NCBI GenBank assembly: GCA_011109175.1
Contig: RDEW01000017.1
Location: forward strand, 906,671 to 970,670
Length of the DNA: 64,000 bases
Direction of reading: 5' to 3'
Source: Dicyema japonicum
Lineage: Eukaryota; Animalia; Dicyemida
The notes beneath the pieces were generated by a model. The model did no database searches and had not been told where the DNA came from. It saw nothing but the letters and a program-made list of their open reading frames with translations. Shown piece by piece: positions 36,546 through 50,210 of the stretch. Each line of letters begins with the position of its first letter. Positions within the stretch are counted from its first letter, which is position 1. The position numbers and the translations under genes were made by a program.

Positions 36546-37699
36546 CTGAGACGATAAAACGATTATGTGTTGGCTTGTTGGTAAGCTAGGCACAGATAAG
36601 TGCAGTGTATTTAGTGCCTGTACGTAAATGGGTACTTTTGGGTGATGTTGTTGTTTACTTGGTTTAAAGTAACCTGTGTGAGTGTCATCTGGATGTAAAC
36701 CATAATTTGTTGCTTGGGTACAAAATGGGATGGGAGTAGTGTTAGACGCTCTCTGAACTAGTTATAAGCCATATAACGTGCGTGTAGCCTGCAGCACGTA
36801 TTGGTGTGCGTTTTTTGTGACCAACGATGAATTTAATTAGAACCTTTTTATAAAGCTAAGTAGGCATTCTTAGGGATAGAGGTACATCACCCTACACTCC
36901 AACACGGATCGCAGGTTGAAACCTTGGTAAAGAAATCTGGACACGGCACTGTACGCAAATAGGAATCTGTCGTAGACTCTGTTTTCATGAACCACATGCA
37001 CAGATGTGTAAAAACCATTGACGTCAAAGAGCTTCACACACTCTCTAGTCGACAAGGCGTTGAAAGAAGCATGAGGGAGAGGGTGGTGAATGTGGTAATT
37101 GCGATTTCTAAATATCTTGTACAGCTGGAGCCCTTAGAATAAAAACAACGAACAGAAGAACGGGAAGACTTTTCCTTTGAAAGGTGGGATATCTTGTTTG
37201 GGACGCCACTTGTGTCGACTGCTTCTCTGTTTCCAACCTCACGTCAACAGCTATTCCCCCCATGAACGGCCTCAGCAAGAGCCGAAACCCTTAAAGAAAA
37301 AAATTCGTGACCTTAGGAGAACAATTAGTCTTCAAATTCCTTTCAGCCGAAACCTCGGAATTCTTGAGACCCAAATCGATTTCCTTCCTATGTGCTATCT
37401 GATTTAGCAAAAAGGGGGAGAAACATCACAGAAGAGGAATGAACGATTGAGCGAATTTCCACACAAATTAGAAGAGAGAATGTGCTAGCAAACACACGTG
37501 ATCCTGGGACGTTTCAAAAGAGACATCAACATGGCCCGATGGTCCTCCCCGCTCCCAAACAAGCGAGTCGGCCGCATTACTGGATTTCGTAATCGTACTG
37601 GTATGCTCTTCGGTCTTAGAGATTTCAGAGGTATTGTAGAGGGAACTTCTAAAAGCCTTCTTTTAATCGCTCCGTAATTTTAAAAACCCTCTTTTGACT

Positions 37700-38230
37700 A
37701 GCTTCGATCTTCAGGGAATTGGTTCAAGAGATGAATGGGCCCGTTGAGCACACGCACAGGAGATGATGGTTCGATGTACTGTTTGTAGACAGAATTCAAG
37801 TCTTGACGTTTTCAGCCTCCATAATCCTGAGAGGCTTTTCAGAAGACTTTCATGATTTACGTGTTGCGAAAAGCACACGTGCCTGTTGAAGGTGATTCCC
37901 AGTATTTTCTGGTGTTTGCTAAACGGGGTTTCGGTATTATCCACCTTTAGCTCCACCGTCCGTCCTCTAACCAAACGAAGGTGGTCCAGATGTTGTTGTA
38001 ACCTGAGCAAATGCTCTCCGGAAGTGTCTTCTGAGGTGTCTGCAGAGGAATTATATCGGCGTGCTCTTCTTTGTGGTCGAATGGAATTCCTCTGCATGAA
38101 TCACCTTTCTCTGAATGGGTTTCCTAGCTCCTTCCAGAAGCGCAATAGATCCCGGCCATTTCTCAGAGTCGCCTCCTCCGCAAGGGGACTGGCGATGGAT
38201 GAGCTGTCGGATTGCATAAGCCGTGTGGTT
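37700..38230 (-). mobile_element. Degenerate LINE RT C-terminal remnant
   Basis: LKVDNTETPFSKHQKILGITFNRHVCFSQHV matches the P.ILG.TFD..L.F..H thumb motif. Confidence 0.6.
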
Positions 38231-38638
38231 AATTAATTAATCAATACAAAATTCACCGTCAGCGTTTTTATATTCAATATTACGGCATTAAACGATAAAA
38301 ATGTTAATTAAATTTGGAAAAATCGAAGAATTGGGGAGAACTAATCAGTCTGCTTGAAATACCCTGAAAATGTGTATGGGCCTGTCTCTAAGAGGAGACG
38401 AATTAACGGACTCAGACTTTGTCGATTCACGCTTTGTTCGTTATTGATGGCACTGTTTGCCGTGGCTTCCCTATAAAAGCCCCAGGAAGCATGATTCCAT
38501 AATATCGTCATCAGGAAGGGCAGGATTCATGTCGTTGTTTGGCACTCCTTAATCATATTATGCCACTTCTTACATTCGCTTAGCCTTTTTGCATAAATTT
38601 GAATATTTTTCTTTTGATTCATAAATCGATTAATTACA

Positions 38639-38977
38639 ATGCTAGCACCTAATTTGGTATCGTTTGATGTGGAAAACAATATATTTCCGAGATATTTCCC
38701 AAGAGCTCAACTGTCTCAGTTTCGAGAATTTAAAACTCTGCATCATGGCAATGTCCAGTCCACGGAGAATGCACCTCTACGTGGATGTTTTGGGTTTGAT
38801 GTACTCTCAAGGGGATATATTCACTCTGTAACGATCAGGAGGACTCTTGAAAGTATGTTAGTGGAATATAGGCACGGATTGGATTTTCAGGAGACAGATG
38901 TTGGTGAAGTTATTCATTACCTCCAACGAAAGCCTTTGAACGAGAAGATGATGTTTGAGTGGAATCACAATGCTTAA
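38639..38977 (+). CDS. Hypothetical 112-aa ORF
   Basis: ATG-initiated ORF after an AT-rich spacer; no motif recognised. Confidence 0.22.
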   Translation: MLAPNLVSFDVENNIFPRYFPRAQLSQFREFKTLHHGNVQSTENAPLRGCFGFDVLSRGYIHSVTIRRTLESMLVEYRHGLDFQETDVGEVIHYLQRKPLNEKMMFEWNHNA

Positions 38978-39160
38978 GTAAACACCAGCTAGACGACGGT
39001 GAGGATAAGTGTGCAGTGAAGGAGCTGGGTAGTGCCTCCAAACGATTGCGGTTAAAGAACAAGAGTACATAATTACTTAATTAGAGCTATTGATTACTTA
39101 TTACCTAATTTGGCTAACATTTAAAAAATGAAATTTTTAATTTTTTATTTTAAAATGAGT

Positions 39161-39608
39161 AGTACTGGAGCCTGTGGATTGGACCGCGGAGATGGGAAAA
39201 GACCGGATGGGTTAAATATCTTTCCGTTCACTGAGGGAAAATCGCTCGTATGGGACTGCACTGTTGTGGATTCTTTCTCGAACTCGATGATGCTCAGCTC
39301 ACGCAGTCTGCTGGATCGGCAGCCGATCTGGCCGAGAAAATCAAGATTAAAAAATATGGCGAAATTGGAGACCGCTACCGTTTTGTACCGGTAGCAATCG
39401 AGACGTCTGGTGCGGCCGGAAGTATTACAGCCTCTTTCCTAAAGGAAATCGGGGGAAAATTGGCCCACCGTAAGAAAGACGTGCGGGAAGCGGTCTGGCT
39501 GAGGCAAAGAATTGGTGTCGCAGTTGTTCGCGGAAACGCTTACTCCGTGATGTCAGCAGCCGCTCTCCCCCATAGTTAATAAATATATTTTATTGTTAAT
39601 AAATTTTT
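39161..39608 (+). mobile_element. 5'-truncated CRE-like RLE 3' end
   Basis: GKRPDGLNIFPFTEGKSLVWDCTV..RFVPVAIETSG..WLRQRIGVAVVRGN; shares the tail tagttaa..atattttattgttaataaattttt with the 25381 copy. Confidence 0.87.
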
Positions 39609-40154
39609 CACATTAAAAAATGAAAAAATGACTTTTTTAAACAAGTATCTTTCGTGAGCGTATTCAGACGACATGCGTATTCAAACGGTAGGTCAATAAG
39701 TTTTTAAAAACTTTGTGAAGATTTGCGAAGAGGAAGAAGTCTATTTTGTACATATTTTGATAAGATAATTGAAGGGAATAGTGAGCAAATGTAAGTAACC
39801 CACCCCCAGTCGTACTAGAGAAGTTCCGCCTCTGTATAAGAGCAATGTCAATGGTCGTATCACACGTTTATCTAAAGTCCGGTGATACTCAGCTGGACTA
39901 TAGTCAACTTGGGGGTAACTCTGTCCAGAGTTAAGTTCAAAGTCATCATACCTGATTAACGAAATATGGGAAGTTGTTTGATACGGAAAAAAGCTGAGTC
40001 TGATAATATAGGCAGTTTACTCCACGAGGAGGTGACCAATGTGAAAGCCACGTGACGGGACCAATTAATCACTCGTTAAGAAAAAAATCTAAAGATTATT
40101 TTAAATAAAAATTATTCCAAAGATTATTTTAAATATTAGAATTAAATTAATTTG

Positions 40155-43100
40155 TTAATTTGACTGATTAAAAATACACTTTGGTCCTCTACTTCTTAGT
40201 TGAGACTTTAATTCATTAATCTGACAAACACCACCACTTACAACCTCACTTTGTAGTGATGATACCCTCATTTGATGACTTTTGTCATCCCCCTCCAGGA
40301 ACTCAATGTGTTCACTCAAGTCATTTATGTGTGTCTGTAATAGTCTGTTCTCCTGCGATAACTGACTGTTCTCCTTTTCGTAGTTCCTTTCCATCCATTG
40401 GATTGTGTCGCATATCCTCTGCCGCTCGACTCCGTTCTGTTGTCATTGACTCCTTTACCTTTTTGAAGTTGTTGTCTATCCTCTCTAATTTATGTTCCAA
40501 GAGTTCTTTCTCGTCCAATAGACTAGTCAGTGTTCTCTGCGCTTCCTTCAGTTTTGTCTGCGCTCTCTCCTCGCTTCTGGCAGCTTCTCTCATCTTCTCA
40601 TCCAGTCTGTCGTTCTCAGCCTTTAGTTGGACACAGCAGTCTGTCTTTGAGGCAGTCTGAGTCTCCAGGTCCCTTATTCGATAGCTGTCTTCTGCTATTT
40701 GATTCTCCAGTGAGTTCAGGTTCTCCGACAAAATCATATTCTCCTTTTTGTGGTCATTTATTTGATTTCTTGATTATTCGCACAAATACCTTAAATTTGA
40801 TATTTTGAGTTAAAACAGAGTCCTGTCCTTCCCCCAGTTTTCTGACTCCACCTTGATCGCGTTGAGGGATGCCGCCAGAGTTTCGATTTTTAATTCATTT
40901 TCCTTGATTATTTGGCTCTGCCGTTTGGACTGCCGGTTAAACCCTGATCGTTACATTATCCACGAATTCCTGATTCCCCCTCTCAAACTTGGTTATGGTT
41001 TTGCTTAGATTATCCACCGTCCTCTGTAGTGACACGTTTTTGTCTGTTAGGTCTTCCAGAACCTTGGATTCCTTCTCTCTCGTTTTTTGTAGTTCTAGTG
41101 GGTAATATTCCTTACTGATATTTCTTGTGATTGTTCTGCACTCAGTAGACTCATTTGTGCCACTTTTTCCTTCAAATTTCCATTAACCATCTCCACGTGT
41201 CTCCAATTTGCTTGAACCTCCGCTAAATTCTTTTTGAGATGGCCAATCTCCTCCTCGGCTTTTTCTTCGCTGTTTCTGATTTGTATAATTCGTTCCTTTA
41301 CTTGAGATAGCACAATTACAGTAAGGGATCTGACTTCTGCTTCCTTTTCGGACAGATTTTGTCCGCAACTCATCAACCTCTCCTTACAGACCTTCTTCTC
41401 CCTCTCAACCCTTCTAAGTTCCTCCCGTTGACTATTCAGTGAGTTTTGTGCTGTAATCAGTCGATCGTTTAGGTCAGACTTTTCTACGGTAATAAATCCC
41501 CAACACCATTGTCCAGAGCAGCCACGCTGTTTTTCAGCTTAGAGTATCCAATGTTGAGGGCGTTGTGCCTCTGCGTTAGTTCATCAAGGTTTGTCTGTAT
41601 GAGTCTGCACTGAGTCTCCAACTCATCCTACAGTGAGGACAACTGACTACTTTGGTCCTCTCGGAATTTATCAGTCGTTTTGAAAAGTTTAGAATCGCTG
41701 CTTTAAATGGCAGTATGTCATAGTCACGTGCTTCGCTATTATTTCTTTCAAAGGCCTCCATGTTTTCTCTACTAAGAGACCGGCCTCTTAAATTGTCCAA
41801 GGTCGCTCTCCTCTCCCTCAAAGGACTCGAACTCCTCGCCCTCACCGATGGAGGATCAACCCCCACAAACCGTCTTATCACAGTGCAAATGGTATCCAGC
41901 TTCCTGGAAGTCTCCTTTCTGGAACATTCATTCCTTCTGAGTTGTTCCTCCATCACTGAGAGTCTTCCCTCCTGAGCACTCAAAGACATCGTTAGGTCAG
42001 AGTTCTTATATTATCGAAATTACCTTATCCTCTGACTTTTGAGTAACCTTTCGTACATCATTTTGTCATCAGTCATTCGATTTGTTACATCACGAAGGTC
42101 ACCGACCACGTGCTGAATTTCCTTGTTTTTATTTTGGAGACACTCCTCCAGGTCGTCCTGGGTTCTGTACACTTGGTTTAGATTATTATGAAAGCCGTTC
42201 AGAGTTTCCTCTAAATCAGCAATCTGTAGTGAACCAGCTGACTTACATTTTGGCGGTAAAATATATTGTCATTCTGTAGGAGTTCCTGCTGCTCTGCCTG
42301 TCGTTCCAGTTTTTCACGGAGATTGCAGTTTGTCTGTCCCATCTCCTGTTTGTTGCGTGTCAATATGTCAATCTCCCTCTGATACACTTGCATTTCTCTG
42401 TTTGTCTTCACTAATTTATCCTCACTGTTCCTCAGACTGCTCTTGAGTCTTTCAATCTCCTCTTCTGACCGTTTGAGGCTGTCCTCAGACCCTATAAGTT
42501 GTGGTCATTCAAGACTTGATGCGTAGCCTTTGATTCTGCCAAAGCACGCATTGTCCCTGACCTCTCCGTCTCCAAGACTCTCATCTTCTCTTTGAGTCTT
42601 TCTAAGGTCGTTGAAATCATTTCTTTCCCCTGTTTCTCTTCCTCAACGAGTTCTGTGATGAGTAAAAATTCAAACTCTCCAAGTCTTGATTCTCCATCGT
42701 GAGGATGTTCTGTTGGTCCCTCAGAGCCGCCAGTTTAGAGTTCAGGGAAGATATTGTCTTCATATTATGGGAAATGTTATCTTCCAACATAACCACGTGT
42801 TTCTGAAGAGACTTAACATCAGATTTGGCTTTCTCCTTTTCTGAACTAATATCACTCAGTCTCTCAGTCAAAGTCCTCTCTGCTTGCCTACTTTGTTCCC
42901 TAAAATACGACCAACGCGAATACACGAGGTCGTCCAACTCTTCTTGCCTCTAAGGATCTGATCTTCCAATTGGCCCACGACCGCCTTGTTGGTCTCTGTC
43001 TGCTCTGAATGTTCATGTTTTGTATTAAAAAGCGATTGTTTAGCATTTTCCAACTCAGAACTAATCTCAGCATTTTCTTGTACGAGGATCCTCTTGTCAT

Positions 43101-46100
43101 ATTCGAGCTTTTGCACAATCATCATGGATAACCACCAATACCTCGTATCTGCTGCTTTTTAGCTTTACAATCTCCTCCTCGTACATATTCTGCATGTTTT
43201 TTTGCTCGCTTTTGACTGCCTCCACTCCTCGCTTGTATTCTAAGATTTGTTCTGCTGTTTGTTGCGCTGTTGCCGCCTTAATTTCTTCCACGTGGACGTT
43301 GCAGCTGTTTTGAACTCTTTCCTACAAAACTAAGACAACGACTACCATTTCACACAACAACTCCTTCCTTTCGCATTCACCCGCATCTTTTAGTTGTCTT
43401 ATTACACTTTCCAGGTGATTTGTTGCATCCACGTGCTCTTTTGTTAGTCTGCTAATTTCCTGTTTGTACGAGAAGTTCAAAAGATCCTTCTCTTTGAGGT
43501 TTGAGTTGATCTCATCTAGCCGTGACCAACCAGCAAACTCGACAGAGCCGAATTTTTATTGTTGATTTCATAAATTTCGGCCTCAAAGTATTTGTTTTGG
43601 GAGGACAAAGAACTCATCTTGGTTTCCATCTCCATGATGGCCCTTTCGAGACTGATTCGTTCAGTTTCTGAAATCTCCAAGTTCTCTCTCAGCCTAAACA
43701 CGGTTTCTTCGTATGAGGCGATCTTTTCCTTGAGCAGTTCGGCTGCTTCCGACAGTTTATCCCTCTCTCTCTTAATTCCATTACAATTTTCCCCCAATCT
43801 CGTCAACTCGTTGTGGAGACTCATGATTTCTTCGCTTAGTGAGTTCTTCTTTCTTGACGTCTGCGGGTCTGTTTACAAATCTACCTTTTTGAATTGAGCA
43901 AAGATTTCGTTCTTTTCCCTTATATTTTCGGTCAAGTCGAGTTCTAATCGCTGAATGTCTTTCTCCAAGCACTCAATTTGAAGGTTCCCAGCTAAGAGTG
44001 ATAACAGTGGAGAAACAGTTAAATTCCATCTCCAACTCTGATCTGTCCTGTTCGAGGCCATCATGCTGTTTTCAGATTCCAAATTTCAGTTTCTAGTTGA
44101 TTCTTCTCGTACTGTTCCTGAGATAATTTCCTCCCAATCTGAAGGTACACACTCATTTCTACCTTATTCAGCTGGGCACTCAATTTGTCATTCTCACATG
44201 CCTGTAGCTCCCCCTTTTTTCGCTCATTCACCATTGAATCCTCCAAGGCTGAGACTGTTGACTTTAATCCATGTAATTCATCCTGTAGTTTCCCCTCTCC
44301 TCTTCTATTTTTGTTTTATCTTCAGTCAGCTCGTTCAGCTGCTTCTCTAATGCATTTTTATCCGACTCCATTCTGTCAGACAATTCCTTAGTGAAGGTCA
44401 ATTCCTCCTTAGTCACAAAGATTGCCTTCTCCAACCGGGAGATGGTTGAATTTCTATATTTTAACTCACTGATAACCCCCGTTCTATTTCCTTACTTTGT
44501 CGAGTAATATTCCTCGACAGATCCTCCTTCTCTTCCCTTGACTCATCCAGTGTTACTGTTAGTTTGTTTTTCACACGACATAACTCGTCGTTACTGAGAG
44601 TGAGACTTTCGATTTTTTCCTTTAAGAGATCTTTCTCCTTTTCACTCCCTTTCACTCTGTCTTCCACCTCTTTTATCTTGCCAAGCAGTTTGGTGTTTTC
44701 TTGTTTTTCTGAATTTGCCGCTTCTTTTAGGGAATCGATTGAATTCTGCTGTTGAGTAAGCTTCTCGTGAAGGTTTTGTTCGACTTGTACGTATTTGGCC
44801 ACCTTGGAGTCCAGGTGGGCCAGTTTGTCGCTATTCTGAAGTAGCTTTGATCTAAGCTCGCTAATCTATGATTTCAGTATTTCAGCTACTCTTAGCTGTT
44901 TTGTGGTGTTTAAGGCTGAAACTACAGAGACTGCAGCAGCTGCGAAGGGACCCAATTTATGAGGGAGACTGTGGTTTTGTAGAATGGGGAATGAAGCCAA
45001 AAGTTCACTCTTGTCCCCCATCTCGTCATCCTCAAACACAATCTGACTATTCAGTACAATCTGACTTACCGATGATATTTGCTTAAGGGCGGTAAAAACA
45101 GAGTCATTTTCCTGCAATCTTTCCCTCAGAATCTCATTCTTTTCATGAACGTAGTTATTTTTTTCGTACTCCACGTGGTCTAACATTTGCTTGAGGTATG
45201 ATATCTCATTTTCTCTCTGATTTGCCTCAAACTGAGTTTTTGAATGCCGATCCTCCAGTTGTTTATAACTGAACTGTCACTGCATTAATACTTATTGATC
45301 AGAGACTCGTGTTCTGCACACAAACTGTCAAAGTCGGCGCTCAAAGTATTCATCTTCGACTAGATGTGACACAAAGACCTACTTGCTTGGCTTTCGCTTG
45401 ATTTGCAAAGTTTTCGTAGTAATTTTTTATTTTTTCGAAAGTAAGCAAAATCTCCTGTCTGGCTTGGGTCATTTCTCTCTCAGAAATGCTTCTCCCCACG
45501 AAAAACTGATTTTTAAGGTCGCCAAATTCTGTCCACATTTTTAGGATTTGTTGGTGGCTTTCAATCGACAATTCTTCTGATTTCTATGCCTCATTTCGGA
45601 GAATAACCCTTTCCTGAATTTGTAGCTGCCGTTCAACCTCCTGATTTCTTGACCTCATTTTGTCCAATTCTTCACTCATATTCTGCACACTGACAGTCAA
45701 GTGGCGATTGGACTCTGTGCCCTGTTCCAACTGTTCTCTCAGAAGTTCGTTAACTCTCATGAGGGCAGAGTTCCTAAACTTAACTATTTACTCAACCTGT
45801 TTCTCTTGCTCCTCCAAGTTTTGACTCAAATTTCTGTTGTCTTGTGAACTGATCACGTTTTGGGCACTCTTTTCCATTTTGTCGTTCTATTATTTACTCG
45901 TTTTGTTACGTTTTTTGATTCAAAGTATTTTCTTTCGGCTAGATCAGCCTTTTCCTTGTATTGAAGTACCTTCACTGCTTAATTAGTATTACCTTCGTTT
46001 GAAGTCTTTGGACCAAATCGTTCTGTCTCTGTTCGTTTAGTTGGTACGCATCAATCTTGCTTTTAAATTTATTGCATTCAGCCTCCAGTTTTTTGGTCGT

Positions 46101-46433
46101 TTCACTGGTCTTCTGGTTTGGTGGCCGAGCTCTAAATCCGTCTCGTTCGATCCGGCGGCCGAACTTTCAAGCTAAAGGTAATCAAGCTAGATTGTCGCGA
46201 ATAGTAACAGTTGCCTAGTTTAAGTGTCAAATTGGAAGACATAGTATAGCACTGACAGCACATAACACTAAGCTCACTACACTCGCAGCAACGGACTAGC
46301 AGTATAATACCAGGGTATTGTATTTATGAGCCAATTCTTCTTTTTCCTGACGTAACTTTGACATCATCCTTTCTAATTTCCTCAATTCCTTTGTTAAGCT
46401 TTGATTTTCGCTGTAAAGATTGGGCTCTTTCAT
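40155..46433 (-). CDS. CROCC: Rootletin (ciliary rootlet coiled-coil protein), multi-exon
   Basis: N-terminal IDAYQLNEQRQNDLVQRLQTK-VLQYK, rootletin domain VNELLREQLEQGTESNRHL..SHQQILKMW, long coiled coil, and RARSSSP motif near the C-terminus. Many micro-introns. Start is approximate. Confidence 0.85.
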
Positions 46434-47199
46434 ATATGAATATTATTCGTAGAAAATTATAGTCTTCCCTTTGCTGGTGGTTGGTTTTTTATTTCTCTCC
46501 GTTGCTTGGGAAATAATTTTTTTGAATTTTTATAATAAAAAGGCAATTAAAAATTCATAAACTGATAATTTTCTGAATTATTATTTTATATTTTTTATGA
46601 AAGTTTTCCAATCACTGCCAGTCTGGGGGGCCTAATGCTTCTGTTTCGGCCTATTAAGGGCAGTTTTTGAAGAATTTTGGGTCAAATTTTTTATTTTAAT
46701 CTTTAAAGTCAATAGTAAGGATTAAACTTAATAAAGGTGCTTGTTTGGTGAGTGATTAATCAATTGAAACACCAATTATTCTAACAATTTATTGACATTT
46801 CTGATTTTTCGTTCAGAAAATAGATTTTTAGTAATGCCATATGTTGTCGAATTTTTGTATTTATGTAGTAAATGTGAGGTTTGCTCATTCAATCAATGAT
46901 TTCTAGCCAGGTTAGAGAGTTACAAGTACTTTAAGTCCTTGGATCAGAAAAGCTGGTATAGAAAATTCTTTAAAGTGATGCATGTTTCTCAAGAAAATAT
47001 CAGAAATTCAACATTGCCTACTGAATTCCTGTTTAGGTAATCTTTGACAAAAATTCCCGCGTTTAATCAATAGTTTATTGGTTCACCAATGTCAATAAAA
47101 TTTGTATTTACGCTATAATTACGAGATTCAATAAAAATGTATTATTATTGTTTTTGTACTCTTAAGCTAACTTGTATAATTTATTTTGTCAATATTTTT

Positions 47200-48190
47200 A
47201 TTTTACAGTCGAAAACCTGCCATGTTGCCGTCAGAAATTGGTCAAAATAGTCTGCAAAGGCCAAAACACGGTATTTTGTGGTAATCAAAGCAGCAAGTTT
47301 TCTAAAACCCAGAGGTGAAAATTATTCGACAAATACATTCCAGAAATTCAAACCCTGTGTAAGAATATTGAATAAATCACAGGAAACACACACCATTGAG
47401 AATTCCCACAGAATGTATTGAGTACGTTTATTCAAATAGACCAACCAATCCCCAGAGTCGTCAAACAATAGATTTTACTTCTCTGGAAATAACGACTGGT
47501 CAGCCAGTATTAAAGGGAGTGCAAACTACGCACGTGTTCTTTACCCCTTTAAGGCAGAACACCCTCGGTTCGTAGTTGTTGGGACCAATGTAGAGAGCTA
47601 TCACTAAAACCGGGGGAAATCGTAAGAATAATTCAGCCAATTGACAATTATTGGTTGAAGGGGACGAACTCCGTTCAGAGCGGGATATTCCCGTTAAACA
47701 GAGTAAAGGTAGTCTCTATACGATGACTAGTTTGTGGACACCGTGGAGAGTCAGAATATGGTGGCTATATATTCATTCTCTGCGGAACACTCTGGGGAGT
47801 TGAGTTTTGACAAGGTTACTCCATACACTCAGTTTAGGGAGATATAATAGAGGATGTTGTTGATGTAGATGATAACTGGATGGAGGGAGTCCTCAATGGT
47901 TTTCGGGGAATATTCCCACGTGTTTTAGTGAAGAACTTGAATCATGAAACCAAAGAGTTGAGCAGACCTCAGCAAATCTTAGGGAATTTGAAACCAACGT
48001 GAGTGGGAGATAATTTGTAGGCATAAAGTTATATATGAGTACCAAACAAAAGAGTTTGACGAGCTGGATGTCGTCCTGGGAGAACTCCTTACAGTTTTGG
48101 AGAGATTCAACGATGGGTGGTGTTACGGAATTTCCCACAGAACAGGGAGTTACGGTGTCTTTCCTGGAACGTGCATTAGAGTCATCTAAT
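47200..48190 (+). CDS. Multi-SH3-domain adaptor protein, multi-exon
   Basis: VAIYSFSAEHSGELSFDK-GDII..DDNWMEGVLNGFRGIFP and VIYEYQTKEFDELDV..GELLTVLERFNDGWCYG..GVFPGTCI* are SH3 domains; RIPTECIEY suggests a third. Confidence 0.8.
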
Positions 48191-50110
48191 TTTTTAATAA
48201 TTTTGTTAATATTTTGCCTTTTGAGGGATTAACAGGCAATCAAGTTGAGGACAATCAATAATCAATGCAATTCAGTGCACTTTGGGGGAATCGATATTAC
48301 AGGTTGACAATTCAGGCCTATCTTTTTTACTTTCCACGATTATTTGTTTATTTATTACCCCCGGGCTTACAATCTTTGGTAAGCCAAGCATTAACGGTCA
48401 CAGCTGATTAATCCATGGAAGGAACCCAAGGGGGGAAGTTGCTTGTGCCGGCAAAATCCATCCTCAAATAGTCTGTTACAGGCTTCCCCTTCAGAAGAGA
48501 GGTGAAGTAGGTTCGCTCTCTTCCATTTTCATCACACGTTCTATTGAAGCGGACATCACTTCATTTTTTGGGGGAAAGTTTTCATAATGTAATCTTCATC
48601 AGAGGATTTTGGCAGGGAGAAGGTAGGAAGATCCCTTTCAACACTATGTCGTGTCAGAAGGACTCGTCGCCTCACGGGTGGGATCTGTTTGACACGAATT
48701 GACCTTCGTTGAAAACTCCATAAAGGAGGATCATACCCACTCTCGGTGACAAGGTTTGCTTCGTTGAGGTTAGAAGCGGTTGATGGGGGAATACCAGTTA
48801 ATTGCAGCTGGTCTTCTACAAGTTAGTGAGGCCGGGGTTGCTTAGCTAACCAACTTCTTAGAACCATTCTGAAAATAGGCCATTCATTTGGTCCTCGAAA
48901 CGATCCATGAATGGCTTCTTCTGATACAAGCGAAAGGCTTGCTATCAACAAGCTTATGGGACTCCTGCCGAACATTGACGAAATCGAAGCTTCCTTCACG
49001 GGAAGTTCATGTTCACTTGGTGGACCTCCACTGCGGTCATTATACGGCATCACAAGACTTGATTAAGACCTCTGATTCCTTATTGGCTTTTATATCATCC
49101 CCCGTTCAATAGTAGATGTATAGCTTTCTTACTTCTAATTCACCCACACGCATTCCCAGATAATTTAGATGATAGGTCTTTGAAAGATCCCTTCTATTGT
49201 ATTTGGTAAAAGCTAGCCTTCTTAACGACATCCAAGAAACAGCAAAGAGATCTTCCAATATCAGAGTCCAAAAGGTAGGACACGTTCAGTCATTGTAGTC
49301 GTTGGGAGAACCGTCGAGATTTGTCCTCTGACGGGGAAGTTCTCTTGTGCAACCTATTGGGCTAAATCTAAAAACGAAGACACGTGACAGAGTATTAATT
49401 AGTCTTCATAATTTCTTTTGTTGATAGCTTTACATGCACAGAATAGGGTCATCATATGCCTCTGTTGTGGTGTGCTACTGAAAATAATGGAGTAATCCTC
49501 ATAATACGGCTATTTTTGATTATAAAAACACATTTTACTGGGGGTGACCGTTGACATAAGTTGGATTTCTTCAGAATCCGCTATTCTAGTAATGTTTCCG
49601 CTTGTTTTCCGAAAAATAATATCCTACAAAGTTTAGTTGGTTACATCGACCTGGCTGCTATCAAATTTCCAGCGCAAGTCCCTGTCATTGATTGTCCTGG
49701 TCAGAAAGGATTTGATTGATAGTACCAAGCTGGTCGGGTGAGGGCCATTCGAATTTAAAAGTTTAACGGCGATACGACAAAAATACAATAATTTTGTAAA
49801 ATTAAAAAAAAATTGTTAAAAAGTTGGTAAATTAAAGGCGGGTAATTTTCGGTGGTAGAGGTGGTCTATTACACAGAATATCTACTAAGCTTCATGATGG
49901 ACGAGAGCCTTGGTTTTCTTTCTTCATGAGAACACTGACAGGGTAAAGGACTCGAAACTTGAAGTCATGAACAAGGGAAGCGTTGGGTGCGTGTAGGATC
50001 CCCTTTCGCATCTTGTGCAGCCCAAAATTGGTAAGTATAATCCCAATCGATTATTCTCAACCCGGTAAACATGAGAGGGGACATCGCCTGATTAAGTGTA
50101 CTAAGTTTAG

Positions 50111-50210
50111 TCTCGGAGTCTCGACTTACTCAATAATGGAACCGGTTTCATTTACTATTCATGAAGGGATCAAATCAAGACTTTCATGAGATGTTCTGTT
50201 GATCCCAGTT
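50111..50210. repeat. 100-bp direct repeat, left copy, flanking LINE copy 2
   Basis: tctcggagtctcgacttactcaataatgg...gatcccagtt, repeated at 52433-52532 with a few substitutions. Confidence 0.9.
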
